Assembly: GCA_963706445.1 (NCBI GenBank)
Contig: OY970160.1
Span: 288,001-352,000, forward strand
DNA length: 64,000 bases
Source: an uncultured Nitrososphaerales archaeon
GTDB lineage: Archaea; Thermoproteota; Nitrososphaeria; Nitrososphaerales; Gagatemarchaeaceae
Direction: 5' to 3'
Shown here: one piece after another, positions 18,533 to 27,768 of the stretch
Position numbering within the stretch: the first letter of the stretch is position 1
Layout of the letters: each line of letters starts with the position of its first letter
The notes under the pieces: generated by a model
Seen by the model: the letters and a program-made list of their open reading frames with translations, nothing else
The model's database searches: none
What the model was told of the DNA's origin: nothing
Made by a program: the position numbers and the translations under genes

Positions 18533-20446
18533 CTAGTAAACCCGGATTGCTTCCTGCACGGCGGGATGGATGGCTGGTATCCTGTATATCCTCTGTATCG
18601 AATAGGCTAGATTCTCGGTCTTCCGCTTCTCACCGTGGTTGACGAGCACCAGTTGGAGCTTCGGCCTGACCTTGCCGACGAACCGGATTATCTGATTGTA
18701 GTCGCTGTGTCCGCTGAACCCTTCTATCTTCTGGACAGACGCCTTCACGTCGACGATATTGATCTTCCCGTTCTGCTCCATCAGGCTCGCCTGGCTCCCT
18801 CCGTCCAGGACCCTTCGCCCGATGGTCCCCTGGACCTGGTACGAAACGAACAGGATCTTGTTCTTGTCTGACGGAGCTAGATGTTCGAAGTAGTCTAAGA
18901 CCGGTCCCCCCTCCAACATCCCCGAGGTGGCCATTATGATGGCCGGCCCTTCGCGGTAGGCCTCCTCCCTGTCGGATGGGTGCTCGACTTCCGTGAAATA
19001 TTCGGACTTGAACGGATTAATCCCCTCGTCCAGAATCTTACTCCTGAGCTCCCTCGACAGGTAGTCGGCATATGAAACATGGATTGCCGTGGCCTCGGAT
19101 ATCATCCCCTCGGTGAAGACGGGCGCCTCCACCAGGACCTTATTCCTCATGTACTGATCGATGACGAGAAGTATCTCCTGGGCCCTCCCCACGGCTGGGA
19201 TGGGTATCAGCACCTTTCCCCCGTTCTTCAGGGTCCCGTTGATGGCGTTGACGAAGTTCATCTCCACCTCCTCGCGGACGGGCATGATGTCCTCCTTGGC
19301 GCCGTATGTGCTCTCAGTGATGAGGGTCTCGACCCGCGGATAGTTCCAGGTGGCCGAGTCAAAGAGCTGGGTCCTTCCGTACTTGTAGTCCCCGGTGTAC
19401 ACTATGTTGTGCGCCCCCTCCCCTATGTGCAGGTGCACCGTCGCCGAGCCTAGTATATGCCCCGCGTTGTTGAAGACAAGCTTGATGTCGGGGGAGATGT
19501 CCGTCACCATGCCGTAGGGGAGAGTTATGGCGTGCTGGATGACGTCCCTGATGTCCTTCTGGTCGTAGATGAGCCTCCCTCCCTCTATCTGTGCTATCTT
19601 CACGAAATCGTGCTGCAGGAGGGTCATGAGCGGAAGCGTAGGCTCCGTGCAGTAGACCGGCCCGTCGTACCCATACTTGTACATCGCGGGGAGGAACCCC
19701 ATGTGGTCGAGGTGGGAGTGGCTTATCACGATGGCGTCTATGTCCCCTGGGGAAACGTCTGCCCAGTCAAGCCGCGGGTACGCGTCCCAGGTGTTCCTCG
19801 AGCCCGGATGGATGCCGCAGTCGAGCATGACCTTGCTCTCAGCGGTCTCGACGAGCATGCAGGACCTACCCACTTCCTGGAACGAACCCAGTGTCTTGAT
19901 TGTGACGTGCTCCTCGGTGGCCATCCGGGGCCTGAATATCGCCTCTCCCAGCTCTCTGAGGAACTTTTCCCTGGCCTCACTCCCGGTCTTCAGGGCGTAG
20001 TAGACGTTCTGGATCGCAGTCGATTTGATGTGGGGCGCCTTCCTGACCTTCACCTTCCACCCTGTCTGGTCCATGGCGTTCCCGAGGTCGAAGCCCGCCT
20101 CCTGCGAGAGCAGCTTGGGGTTGTCGGCCTCCACGGTTATCTCGCCGAGAGCGTCGTCGAAGAAATAGTTCGACACCCCCGCCTCAGGTGGGAAAAGCCT
20201 CTCCAGGGCCTGCCTCGCCTCGCTCTCCTGCTTGCGTATCGACTTCTCTGTCCTGGTCACCACCCGCTTCTTCAGGGAGTTGACAATCTCAGAGATCACG
20301 TAGCTGTTCTTGTGGAGGTAGGCGGGGTTCTTCGTGTAGAGGGCGATCCTCGGCCCCTCATACTCAATCCTGGTGATCTGAGCTTCCGCTGGGATGTTGT
20401 TCAGAATGGCGCCCATAAGGCTCGCGCCGTTTGCTTTCTGTTCCAA
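18533..20446 (-). CDS. fttA: beta-CASP ribonuclease aCPSF1 / transcription termination factor FttA
   Basis: N-terminal KH region, EVGRSC, HSHLDH, AGHILGS, FSGHSD, NHGE. Confidence 0.95.
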   Translation of the reverse strand: MEQKANGASLMGAILNNIPAEAQITRIEYEGPRIALYTKNPAYLHKNSYVISEIVNSLKKRVVTRTEKSIRKQESEARQALERLFPPEAGVSNYFFDDALGEITVEADNPKLLSQEAGFDLGNAMDQTGWKVKVRKAPHIKSTAIQNVYYALKTGSEAREKFLRELGEAIFRPRMATEEHVTIKTLGSFQEVGRSCMLVETAESKVMLDCGIHPGSRNTWDAYPRLDWADVSPGDIDAIVISHSHLDHMGFLPAMYKYGYDGPVYCTEPTLPLMTLLQHDFVKIAQIEGGRLIYDQKDIRDVIQHAITLPYGMVTDISPDIKLVFNNAGHILGSATVHLHIGEGAHNIVYTGDYKYGRTQLFDSATWNYPRVETLITESTYGAKEDIMPVREEVEMNFVNAINGTLKNGGKVLIPIPAVGRAQEILLVIDQYMRNKVLVEAPVFTEGMISEATAIHVSYADYLSRELRSKILDEGINPFKSEYFTEVEHPSDREEAYREGPAIIMATSGMLEGGPVLDYFEHLAPSDKNKILFVSYQVQGTIGRRVLDGGSQASLMEQNGKINIVDVKASVQKIEGFSGHSDYNQIIRFVGKVRPKLQLVLVNHGEKRKTENLAYSIQRIYRIPAIHPAVQEAIRVY

Positions 20447-20448
20447 TC

Positions 20449-21147
20449 CTAATTTTCAGATGTAAATTGAGCGAGGAGCTTGTCCTTCTCCTGCTCCGAA
20501 AGTTCCCTGAACCCTTCCTTGTCAAGGATGGCCACGTCGAAGTGGTCTCCGGTGGCCACGTTGCGCCTGGTAGCTGCGATTATCGCCTTTGCAGCCAATG
20601 GGTACGCCTTCATCACTGTCATCCCGTCTTTGAACTCGGACTCTAGGATCCCGTAGGCTACCGGGGAACCGCTCCCCGTCGCGATGACGTTCTCCTTGTT
20701 CATCGACCCGAAGAAGTCGACGTTGAACAACGAGCCTCCGCTCGAATCGACCCCCCCGACGAGGACGTCGGCGATGTACGGGTAGAGCCTAGACGAGAAG
20801 AGCATGTTGGAGACTACCTGTGCAGCCGCCTTCACCGGCATGGGCCTCCCTTTCTCGATGCGGTAGAGGTTTGTGTAATACTTCAGGGTGTCCACCACAT
20901 TCTGAGCGTCAGCCACCCCTCCTGAAATCGTCATGGCAATGTTGTCGTCGATTCGGAGGAGCTTCTTTCCACGCTTGTGGGCGATGAAGCCTCCCGCCGT
21001 CACCCTGGTGTCAGTGGCGAGGACGACCCCGTCAGAGCAGACGAGACCCACAGTGGTGGTACCGTGATAGACCGCCGAGCCCAGCGTCTTCCCTCCTACT
21101 TGATTCGAGTCTCTAGACACCTTTCCAAAACCTCTCAGAACGGACAA
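20449..21147 (-). CDS. psmB: Proteasome beta subunit (catalytic, with propeptide)
   Basis: HG/TTTVG processing site, TGSGS. Confidence 0.95.
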   Translation of the reverse strand: MSVLRGFGKVSRDSNQVGGKTLGSAVYHGTTTVGLVCSDGVVLATDTRVTAGGFIAHKRGKKLLRIDDNIAMTISGGVADAQNVVDTLKYYTNLYRIEKGRPMPVKAAAQVVSNMLFSSRLYPYIADVLVGGVDSSGGSLFNVDFFGSMNKENVIATGSGSPVAYGILESEFKDGMTVMKAYPLAAKAIIAATRRNVATGDHFDVAILDKEGFRELSEQEKDKLLAQFTSEN

Positions 21148-21262
21148 ATCCCGCGTGAGGCTGTTAGTTATTTAATCTTTCGAGGGTCGTTTCAATCTGC
21201 AATCGGAGAGCCTCTCTTTCTTCGCATTGTCCTTAAATCACAACAGGAGGCCCTCGGCCAAC

Positions 21263-22303
21263 GTGGACCCCGGGTACCACCTGATGGAGCTCCCTGCTAA
21301 AGTTCTCATCGGCGATGGTGTCATTTCGAAGCTCGGTGATTTCATCAAGGACTCGGCGGGAGAAGGCAGGGTGGTAATCTCAGCCGGCTCGAACGTGGCC
21401 ATCAAGGTGAAGAAAGCCGTCAACTCGTCGATCAATAACGAGCCAGTCTGGGTGGAGGTCACTGCGGCAGACACCAAGAACGTGGACAAGGTGATGGCCG
21501 AGGCCGCCTCTTCGAGGTGCATCATAGGAGTCGGAGGAGGGAAGAGCGTCGACGTCGGAAAGCTCGCCGCATTCAAGATGCACCTGCCGTTCTACTCCGT
21601 CCCCACTAGCGCCTCGCATGACGGGATCGCGAGCCCCTTCGCGTCCCTCAAAGGCCTGGATCGGCCATACTCACTGATGGCCAAGCCTCCAGTGGGAATA
21701 CTGGCGGACATCGACATCATTGCCTCAGCCCCACGAAGGCTCCTCGCTTCGGGGTGCGGAGACCTTGTCTCGAAGCTCACGGCCGTCAAGGACTGGGAGC
21801 TGGCCCACAGGGTGACCGGTGAATATTACGGGAGCTACTCCGCTAGCCTCGCTCTGATGAGCGCGAACGCCGTGCTCGACCGGTCGAGGGCCTTTGGAAG
21901 GTTCAGCAAGAGCAGCGTCAGGGACCTCGTTGAGGCTCTCATCAGCACCGGGGTGGCCGCCGGCATCGCCGGGAGCTCTCGTCCATGCTCGGGCTCGGAG
22001 CACCTCTTCAGCCACTATCTAGACATACTCGCCCCGGAGTCCGGCCTCCATGGGGAGAAGTGCGGCATCGGGACCATAATGATGGCGAAGCTGCACGGAA
22101 TCGACTGGAGGAGGGTCAGGACCTCGCTGAAGAATGTGGGGGCGCCTGTCGAAGCGTCCCAGATCGGGGTGGACGATTCAATGGTGGTCGAATCCTTGGT
22201 GAAGGCGAGCTCGATACGCCCCGACAGGTACACGATCCTGTCCAAGAAGAAACTGACGAAGAAGAGCGCAGAATCCCTGGCGAAGACTACTGGCGTTATC
22301 TAG
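21263..22303 (+). CDS. egsA: sn-glycerol-1-phosphate dehydrogenase
   Basis: GVGGGKSVDVGK, PTSASHDG, SRPCSGSEHLFSH, LHGE; start GTG 21263 or TTG 21227. Confidence 0.95.
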   Translation: MDPGYHLMELPAKVLIGDGVISKLGDFIKDSAGEGRVVISAGSNVAIKVKKAVNSSINNEPVWVEVTAADTKNVDKVMAEAASSRCIIGVGGGKSVDVGKLAAFKMHLPFYSVPTSASHDGIASPFASLKGLDRPYSLMAKPPVGILADIDIIASAPRRLLASGCGDLVSKLTAVKDWELAHRVTGEYYGSYSASLALMSANAVLDRSRAFGRFSKSSVRDLVEALISTGVAAGIAGSSRPCSGSEHLFSHYLDILAPESGLHGEKCGIGTIMMAKLHGIDWRRVRTSLKNVGAPVEASQIGVDDSMVVESLVKASSIRPDRYTILSKKKLTKKSAESLAKTTGVI

Positions 22304-23091
22304 ACTGTCTTAGGCGCTGCCGCGGCCTTCTTCTTCCTCGGCTTCGGAGCTACTGCAGCGGCCTCAATCGGCTTCTCCGTCTTCTGTTCCTCAGGCTTGG
22401 CCTGGGGCTTCGGATTGTTGAACCTCTCCATGAATGTCAGCGTGGAAACCGAGGGGACGAATTTGAAGACGTCGTTTGCAATCCCTCTCTTGATGATCTG
22501 TAGCCCCTCGAGGAGGAACATGTCCTCAGGGACAGTCACAGTCAGAGTGCCGTCCATCAGCTCGAATGTCGCCTTGCTCCCCTCCCCGGCCAGCCTCCTG
22601 TCCACCAGGGCCCTGACCTTGTCCTGGTCCGTGTCAACCGTCTTCAGGACCTGGAAATCATAAACGATGGACTTGCCCGCAAGCCTGTGGTTGAAGTCGA
22701 CCTGGGCCCTTCCAGAACCGACGAACCTGATTATCCCTACGCGGTTATCAATATCGACGGAGTCCCCCACGGAGAGCTCGTGCTCTCTTTCTCCGAACTT
22801 CCTGAGGGGGATCATGCGCAGCTGGGTCGGGTTCCTAACTCCGAACGCCTTGTCCGGCGGGAGCTCGATCGCCTTCTTGTCCCCTACGGACAGCTTCGCT
22901 ACTTCGGCGTCCAGCCCGGAGATCAGCCACCCTTCGCCGACCGCGACAAGCCTAGGCTCATACTTCCTGGACTCCTCATAGATCTTCAGCTTCCTGGCTT
23001 CGTCCTCGAGAGTTGACTCTATCCCCTCCCCGGTGTCCTTCACGCGGGCTGTGTAGTTGGCAAAAATCAGAGTCCCTTTCTCGAAAGCCAT
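22300..23091 (-). CDS. Long-type archaeal FKBP peptidyl-prolyl isomerase (SlyD-like)
   Basis: VGEGWLISGLD, PDKAFG, VDFNHRLAGK. Confidence 0.92.
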   Translation of the reverse strand: MAFEKGTLIFANYTARVKDTGEGIESTLEDEARKLKIYEESRKYEPRLVAVGEGWLISGLDAEVAKLSVGDKKAIELPPDKAFGVRNPTQLRMIPLRKFGEREHELSVGDSVDIDNRVGIIRFVGSGRAQVDFNHRLAGKSIVYDFQVLKTVDTDQDKVRALVDRRLAGEGSKATFELMDGTLTVTVPEDMFLLEGLQIIKRGIANDVFKFVPSVSTLTFMERFNNPKPQAKPEEQKTEKPIEAAAVAPKPRKKKAAAAPKTV

Positions 23092-23128
23092 CGGATTCGA
23101 CCAGCCGCGGTGTTGGGTTTATAGACTT

Positions 23129-24238
23129 TCACGGGTTTCGGAAGGTCTTCATCGTTTCACCGATGGCCTTCAACGTGGTGTCGACGAGCCCTTCGTTGAT
23201 CTGCCCCATGCACCCTACCCTGAACACCTTCCCTTTGAAGGGGCCGAACCCTCCGGCGATGACGACCCCCTTGTCATGGGCCAGGGCTTTCCTGAACTTT
23301 GCGTCGTCCACGCCTGGCGGGTAGAACGAAGCCACCACCGTCTTCGAACGGACGGATTCCTCCGCTACGGGGCCCAGCCCCATCCCAGCGAGCCCCTTGT
23401 AGAGCAGCGCCGACATCCTGTCGTGCCTCTGGACCCTGGTCGCCAGCCCCTCCTCCAGGAGCTCATTGAGTGCTTCATCGAGGGCGTAGAAGAGCGGAAG
23501 GGCCGGGGTGAAGGGCGTCTCTCCGTTTGCCCCGTACTCTAGATACCTGGGAATCTCGAAGTACCTCGTCTTAGGAGGAGACCCCCTGAGGAACTCCACC
23601 ACCCCCTGACTCACAGAAAGAAGCGCCAGCCCCGGAGGCGCGGCGATGCACTTCTGGCTCCCCGTGATGCACATGTCGACCCCCCACTTGTCCACGGGGA
23701 TCGAATAGCCCCCGAGGCTCGAGATAGCGTCGATGACCGCGAACGCACCGTGGTCTTTGGCCAGCCTGGTTGCCTGCTCGACGTAGGGAGCCGCAACACC
23801 TGTGCTTGTCTCGTTATGTACCAGGAACATGGCCTTGAAGTTCCCCTGGGCGTCCATCGCCGCTTTCAGCTGTTCGATGGTGGGGACCTTCCCAAAGTCC
23901 GAGCTGACCCGCACGGCCTTCCCGCCCGCCAGCTCGACCGTCTCCGCCAGCCTCGTGCTGAACTCCCCGAACACCAGGACGACTGCGACGTCCCCGGGCC
24001 TGATGAGGTTCCAGACCGCCGCTTCGACCCCGCCAGTCCCCGACGAGGAGAGCACAAGCACCTCCCCCTCCGTCTGGAATAGGTGCCTCGTCTTGTCGAG
24101 GACCCCCTTGTAGAGCTCTCTGAACGCGTCCCCACGGTGGTTGATTATCGGGCCGAGCATCGACCGCATCACGCGGTCGGAGACGTTGGTCGGCCCCGGG
24201 AGCATTATCAGCTTCTGCTTACTGTCCATGCTCTCCAC
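23129..24238 (-). CDS. Class V PLP aminotransferase (serine-pyruvate / alanine-glyoxylate family)
   Basis: PGPT, HNETSTG, DAISSLGG, GSQKC, FRVGCMG. Confidence 0.9.
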   Translation of the reverse strand: MESMDSKQKLIMLPGPTNVSDRVMRSMLGPIINHRGDAFRELYKGVLDKTRHLFQTEGEVLVLSSSGTGGVEAAVWNLIRPGDVAVVLVFGEFSTRLAETVELAGGKAVRVSSDFGKVPTIEQLKAAMDAQGNFKAMFLVHNETSTGVAAPYVEQATRLAKDHGAFAVIDAISSLGGYSIPVDKWGVDMCITGSQKCIAAPPGLALLSVSQGVVEFLRGSPPKTRYFEIPRYLEYGANGETPFTPALPLFYALDEALNELLEEGLATRVQRHDRMSALLYKGLAGMGLGPVAEESVRSKTVVASFYPPGVDDAKFRKALAHDKGVVIAGGFGPFKGKVFRVGCMGQINEGLVDTTLKAIGETMKTFRNP

Positions 24239-24758
24239 CCCTCAAGTCCTTACGCATAAGCGCTCTGACCCTCTCCACCCCTCCGAACTTCTTGACGAGC
24301 TTCGCCACCTGGGGGGGGACCAGGCTCTCCCAGTTCTTCTTCTCCAGTATCCTATCGCGGACGTTCGTGGCCGAATACCTGCTCCTGTCAAGGTAGGGGA
24401 CCGCCCTGACATCCATCTTCTCCCCTGCGAAGAGCAGGAAAGTCAGCGCGTCGTTCGTGAACACGACGTCGAATTTCGGCACCATGGACACGACGGTCGA
24501 CGCCCACAGGGAGTGCGAATCCGCGTCGGCTATGGGGATGGCCATCCATTTCGATGGGTCGACTCCGTTGCCGTCCAGGGCGCTCTTGATCATGGTGATC
24601 CTCTCAGCGGCAGTGAATGGGTTGTCTCTTTCATGGCTCCTCTGGGCCGAACCGACCACAACGTAGAGGTAGTCCACCTCCATCAGTGCAAATTTCACCG
24701 CCTCCAGGTGGCCAAGATGGAAGGGCTGGAACCGGCCCACCAGAAGACCGACTCTCAT
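24219..24758 (-). CDS. nadM: Nicotinamide-nucleotide adenylyltransferase
   Basis: GRFQPFHLGH, NPFTAAER, SATNVR. Confidence 0.93.
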   Translation of the reverse strand: MRVGLLVGRFQPFHLGHLEAVKFALMEVDYLYVVVGSAQRSHERDNPFTAAERITMIKSALDGNGVDPSKWMAIPIADADSHSLWASTVVSMVPKFDVVFTNDALTFLLFAGEKMDVRAVPYLDRSRYSATNVRDRILEKKNWESLVPPQVAKLVKKFGGVERVRALMRKDLRGGEHGQ

Positions 24759-24842
24759 CCGCTCTCGATTTCGGCGGCCCGGTCAGGCCTATTTAAGACA
24801 GCACGGCCGCGAGTTAATCAGGACAGATTCTCACGCCCCAGC

Positions 24843-25910
24843 GTGGACGCGATCGAAGTAGACGGCTCCCAGGGCGAGGGGGGCGGGCAGACGCTGCGCA
24901 CGGCCGTTGCCTTCTCTGTAATCCTCGGCAGGGCAGTCAGGGTCGACAGGATCCGCGCAGGCAGGGAGACTCCGGGGTTGAAGAGGCAGCACGTCTCGGC
25001 CCTAGAAGTACTGGCCAAGGTATTCGGAGGAAGATTGGAAGGCGCAGCTGAAGGGTCCACCACGATTTCATTCGTCCCAGGGGCGCAGCGAGTGCACGAG
25101 CTCCGCGTCGACATGGGCACAGCCGCGAGTATCACGCTTGTCCTGCAGGCCGTAGTCCCGGCTGTTTCACTTACGGGGTCGAGGCTCAAGTTACATCTTG
25201 TCGGCGGAACCGACGTCCCCTGGAGCCCCAGCTATGACTACTTAGAGCGAGTGGCGAAGGAGGCATACAGGACGATCGGGATTAATTTCGACATCACCAC
25301 GAGCAGGCGCGGATACTACCCAAGGGGAGGTGGGAGGGTGACCGCCTCCATTGAGCCCTCTTCGTCGGTGGCTCCGCTCGACCTTTCGTCAAAGAATCCG
25401 CTGAAAGAAGCCAACATCGTGAGCCGCTGCGGGTCGCTGCCAAGGCATGTAGCAGAACGCCAGCTGACTTCGGCTATCGCGGTCCTTAACGAAGCCGGTA
25501 TCAAAGTGGCCCGCGGCGAGGTCTCGGAGGAACCATCCGATTCTCCTGGCTCGTCCGTCCTCTCCTCACTCGTCGCTCCGGCTGTCTATGTGGGGTCCGA
25601 TGGTCTGGGAGCCAGAGGGACACCCGCCGAGGATGTGGGGAAGGATGCAGCGACCCGGTTCGCCAAGATCGCGAAGTCGGGCTCTGCCCTCGACGCAAAC
25701 GTGGCTGACATGATACTCCCATTGCTGTCTCTCGCCACGAGCCCGTCGAAGGTCAGGATACCCGAGGTCACTTCGCATCTGAAGACCGGCATGGAACTCG
25801 CCGCACAGTTCACCGGATGCTTGTGGTCGACGGAAGCGTCGGACGGAAGTGTAATCGTCACCATCATGCCCAAGCAGGGCCAATCGGACTCTGTCGGGCA
25901 CAATGTCTAA
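24843..25910 (+). CDS. rtcA: RNA 3'-terminal phosphate cyclase
   Basis: DGSQGEGGGQTLR, PGLKRQH, GGTDV, RGYYPRGGG, TSHL; start GTG 24843. Confidence 0.93.
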   Translation: MDAIEVDGSQGEGGGQTLRTAVAFSVILGRAVRVDRIRAGRETPGLKRQHVSALEVLAKVFGGRLEGAAEGSTTISFVPGAQRVHELRVDMGTAASITLVLQAVVPAVSLTGSRLKLHLVGGTDVPWSPSYDYLERVAKEAYRTIGINFDITTSRRGYYPRGGGRVTASIEPSSSVAPLDLSSKNPLKEANIVSRCGSLPRHVAERQLTSAIAVLNEAGIKVARGEVSEEPSDSPGSSVLSSLVAPAVYVGSDGLGARGTPAEDVGKDAATRFAKIAKSGSALDANVADMILPLLSLATSPSKVRIPEVTSHLKTGMELAAQFTGCLWSTEASDGSVIVTIMPKQGQSDSVGHNV

Positions 25911-25943
25911 AAGGGCGCAACTTCGCCGTTGAATTGAATCCCG

Positions 25944-26543
25944 ATGTCCTACGAACAGTACATGCCAGGGGCGACGGCCGTTGGCATCGCTTACAAGGAC
26001 GGAGTCGTCCTAGGGGCCGAAAGGAGGATCACTCTCGGAAGCTTTGTCCGGAGCAAGACAGGGAGGAAGGTCTTCCGCATAACGGACAGCGTCGGAGCGG
26101 TCTGCGCCGGAATGGTCGCAGACATGCAGAACCTGGTGAAGGAAGTCGCTGTCTATTCCAAGCTGAAGGAGTTAGAGTCGAGAAAGAGTCTGAAGCCAAA
26201 CTCCGTGGCTAAGCTCATGTCCACGCTGATGTTCCAGAACAGGTACGCGCCGCTCCTAACCCAGGTGATACTTGGCGGTGTGGGAGACAAGCCACTGGTC
26301 TACGTCCTCGACCCCCTCGGAAGCGTGATTTCGGACCAATACGCGACCGTGGGAACAGGCGAAGAGACAGCCATAGGCGTGGTTGAAGCAGGGTACAGCC
26401 CGACCATGACCCAGAAGGAGGCCCGTGACCTAGCGGTTTCGGCCATCAAGGCGGCCATCGCAAGGGACGCTATGAGCGGAAACGGCATCGACATACTAAC
26501 CATAGACAAGACAGGCATCAAGGAAGAAGGGATAAATCTCTAG
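25944..26543 (+). CDS. psmB: Second proteasome beta subunit (Ala at the Thr1 position)
   Basis: PGATAVG, DPLGS, RDAMSG. Confidence 0.92.
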   Translation: MSYEQYMPGATAVGIAYKDGVVLGAERRITLGSFVRSKTGRKVFRITDSVGAVCAGMVADMQNLVKEVAVYSKLKELESRKSLKPNSVAKLMSTLMFQNRYAPLLTQVILGGVGDKPLVYVLDPLGSVISDQYATVGTGEETAIGVVEAGYSPTMTQKEARDLAVSAIKAAIARDAMSGNGIDILTIDKTGIKEEGINL

Positions 26544-26556
26544 GAGGGCCCAGCTC

Positions 26557-27210
26557 GTGTGGACATACAAAGGGATCAAGGTCCACTGGCTCGGGCATGA
26601 CTCGTTCGTCCTGCAGGGCTCGAAGACAATCATCATAGATCCGTTCCAGGCGAAGGGGGACTACAAGGCCGACATCCTCCTGATTTCGCACGAGCACTCT
26701 GACCACTTGAGCGACGACGACATCAAGAGGTTCTCCAACCAATCCACAATCCTGGTCGCCCCGAAGATCTGCGAGGAGCCGCTGTCCAAACACCCGCACG
26801 AGAAGAAGTTCGTTTTGCCCGGCTCGAAGATCGAGCTAAAAGGGGTGGGAATCGAGGCGGTCCCGGCCTACAACATCAATAAGTTCAGGGAGCCGGGGAA
26901 GGTCTTCCATCCGAAGGCGGACGGCAAGGTGGGGTACGTGGTGACCCTCGACGGTGTCAGGTTCTATCATGCCGGGGACAGCGACGCCACCCCGGAGATG
27001 AAGGCTCTCAACGTCGACGTGGCACTGCTCCCTGTATCAGGGACCTACGTGATGACCGCCGAAGAGGCTGGAGAGGCTGCCAAGGCCATGAAGGCCAAGG
27101 TGGTTGTCCCCATGCACTACGGCAAGATCGTCGGAGACAGGCGCGACGCTGAGAGGTTCAAGAAAATCCTCGAAGGCGTGAAGACAGTAGAGATACTCGA
27201 ACCCGAGTAG
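26557..27210 (+). CDS. Metallo-beta-lactamase fold hydrolase
   Basis: WLGHD, SHEHSDH, YHAGD, PMHYG. Confidence 0.9.
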   Translation: MWTYKGIKVHWLGHDSFVLQGSKTIIIDPFQAKGDYKADILLISHEHSDHLSDDDIKRFSNQSTILVAPKICEEPLSKHPHEKKFVLPGSKIELKGVGIEAVPAYNINKFREPGKVFHPKADGKVGYVVTLDGVRFYHAGDSDATPEMKALNVDVALLPVSGTYVMTAEEAGEAAKAMKAKVVVPMHYGKIVGDRRDAERFKKILEGVKTVEILEPE

Positions 27211-27212
27211 CC

Positions 27213-27359
27213 CTATTCGGGTACGCTCGTCGAGCTGATCTTCCCGTTGTCCAGTTTGACGAAGAGGTACCTGTTGTCTGCGAACACCAGGGTCAATTCG
27301 TTTTCTTTCTCTTCGACAGTCAGCAGCGCTTTTCCGACTATTCCGTCGAACTTTGCCAT
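27213..27359 (-). CDS. Small hypothetical protein (48 aa)
   Basis: Below the ORF-track cutoff: MAKFDGIVGKALLTVEEKENELTLVFADNRYLFVKLDNGKISSTSVPE; fills the gap exactly. Confidence 0.65.
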   Translation of the reverse strand: MAKFDGIVGKALLTVEEKENELTLVFADNRYLFVKLDNGKISSTSVPE

Positions 27360-27403
27360 GTTTGCCTATAGGCTGACGAAGTTCGTATTTCTGTTTTGCC
27401 GAT

Positions 27404-27592
27404 TCAGTCCTTCAGGTACTTGGTGAGCTCCCCTTCCTTCGAGTCGGACTCCACGGGTTCGACCGAAGAGCCAGTGGATGCCCTGATCATCTCTCGGATC
27501 ACCTGGTCGATGCTCTGGCTCCTCCTCTTCGCCTTCAGGCGTTTCAGTGCGCGGTGGGTGTCGTCGTGGACCCTGACCGACTTCGCCATCAC
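27404..27592 (-). CDS. Ribbon-helix-helix protein (VapB-like antitoxin or regulator)
   Basis: MAKSVRVHDDTHRALKRLK...SIDQVIREMI. Confidence 0.75.
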   Translation of the reverse strand: MMAKSVRVHDDTHRALKRLKAKRRSQSIDQVIREMIRASTGSSVEPVESDSKEGELTKYLKD

Positions 27593-27629
27593 CCTCCAGC
27601 CGACCCGGGCCTATCTAAACCTAGAATGT

Positions 27630-27714
27630 CTGACTCAGTTTCGTCGCGAGTTCATCATCTGCCCGGGAGCTTACTCCGGACTATGACTGGGACGGCGTTC
27701 ACCTCATCGTCGGT
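27630..27714 (-). ncRNA. Candidate box C/D sRNA
   Basis: ACGAUGA (C-like), internal hairpin, AUGAUGA (C'), 13-nt spacer, CUGA (D); intergenic, about 25 nt downstream of an AT-rich TATA-like element. Confidence 0.5.
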
Positions 27715-27768
27715 GCGACCTGTTTCGTCCGCGATTTATCTTTATTTGCGGAGGGTGGAACCGCGGCC

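Noticed and set aside
24141-24842. N-terminal extension making a 589-aa RtcA
   Set aside because: Antisense shadow of nadM; RtcA homology starts at GTG 24843
27625-27735. Hammerhead-like words (GAUGA, CGAAAC, GUC) occurring twice on the minus strand
   Set aside because: No CUGANGA core with a G-C closed stem II, and stems I and III cannot form; the C/D reading fits better
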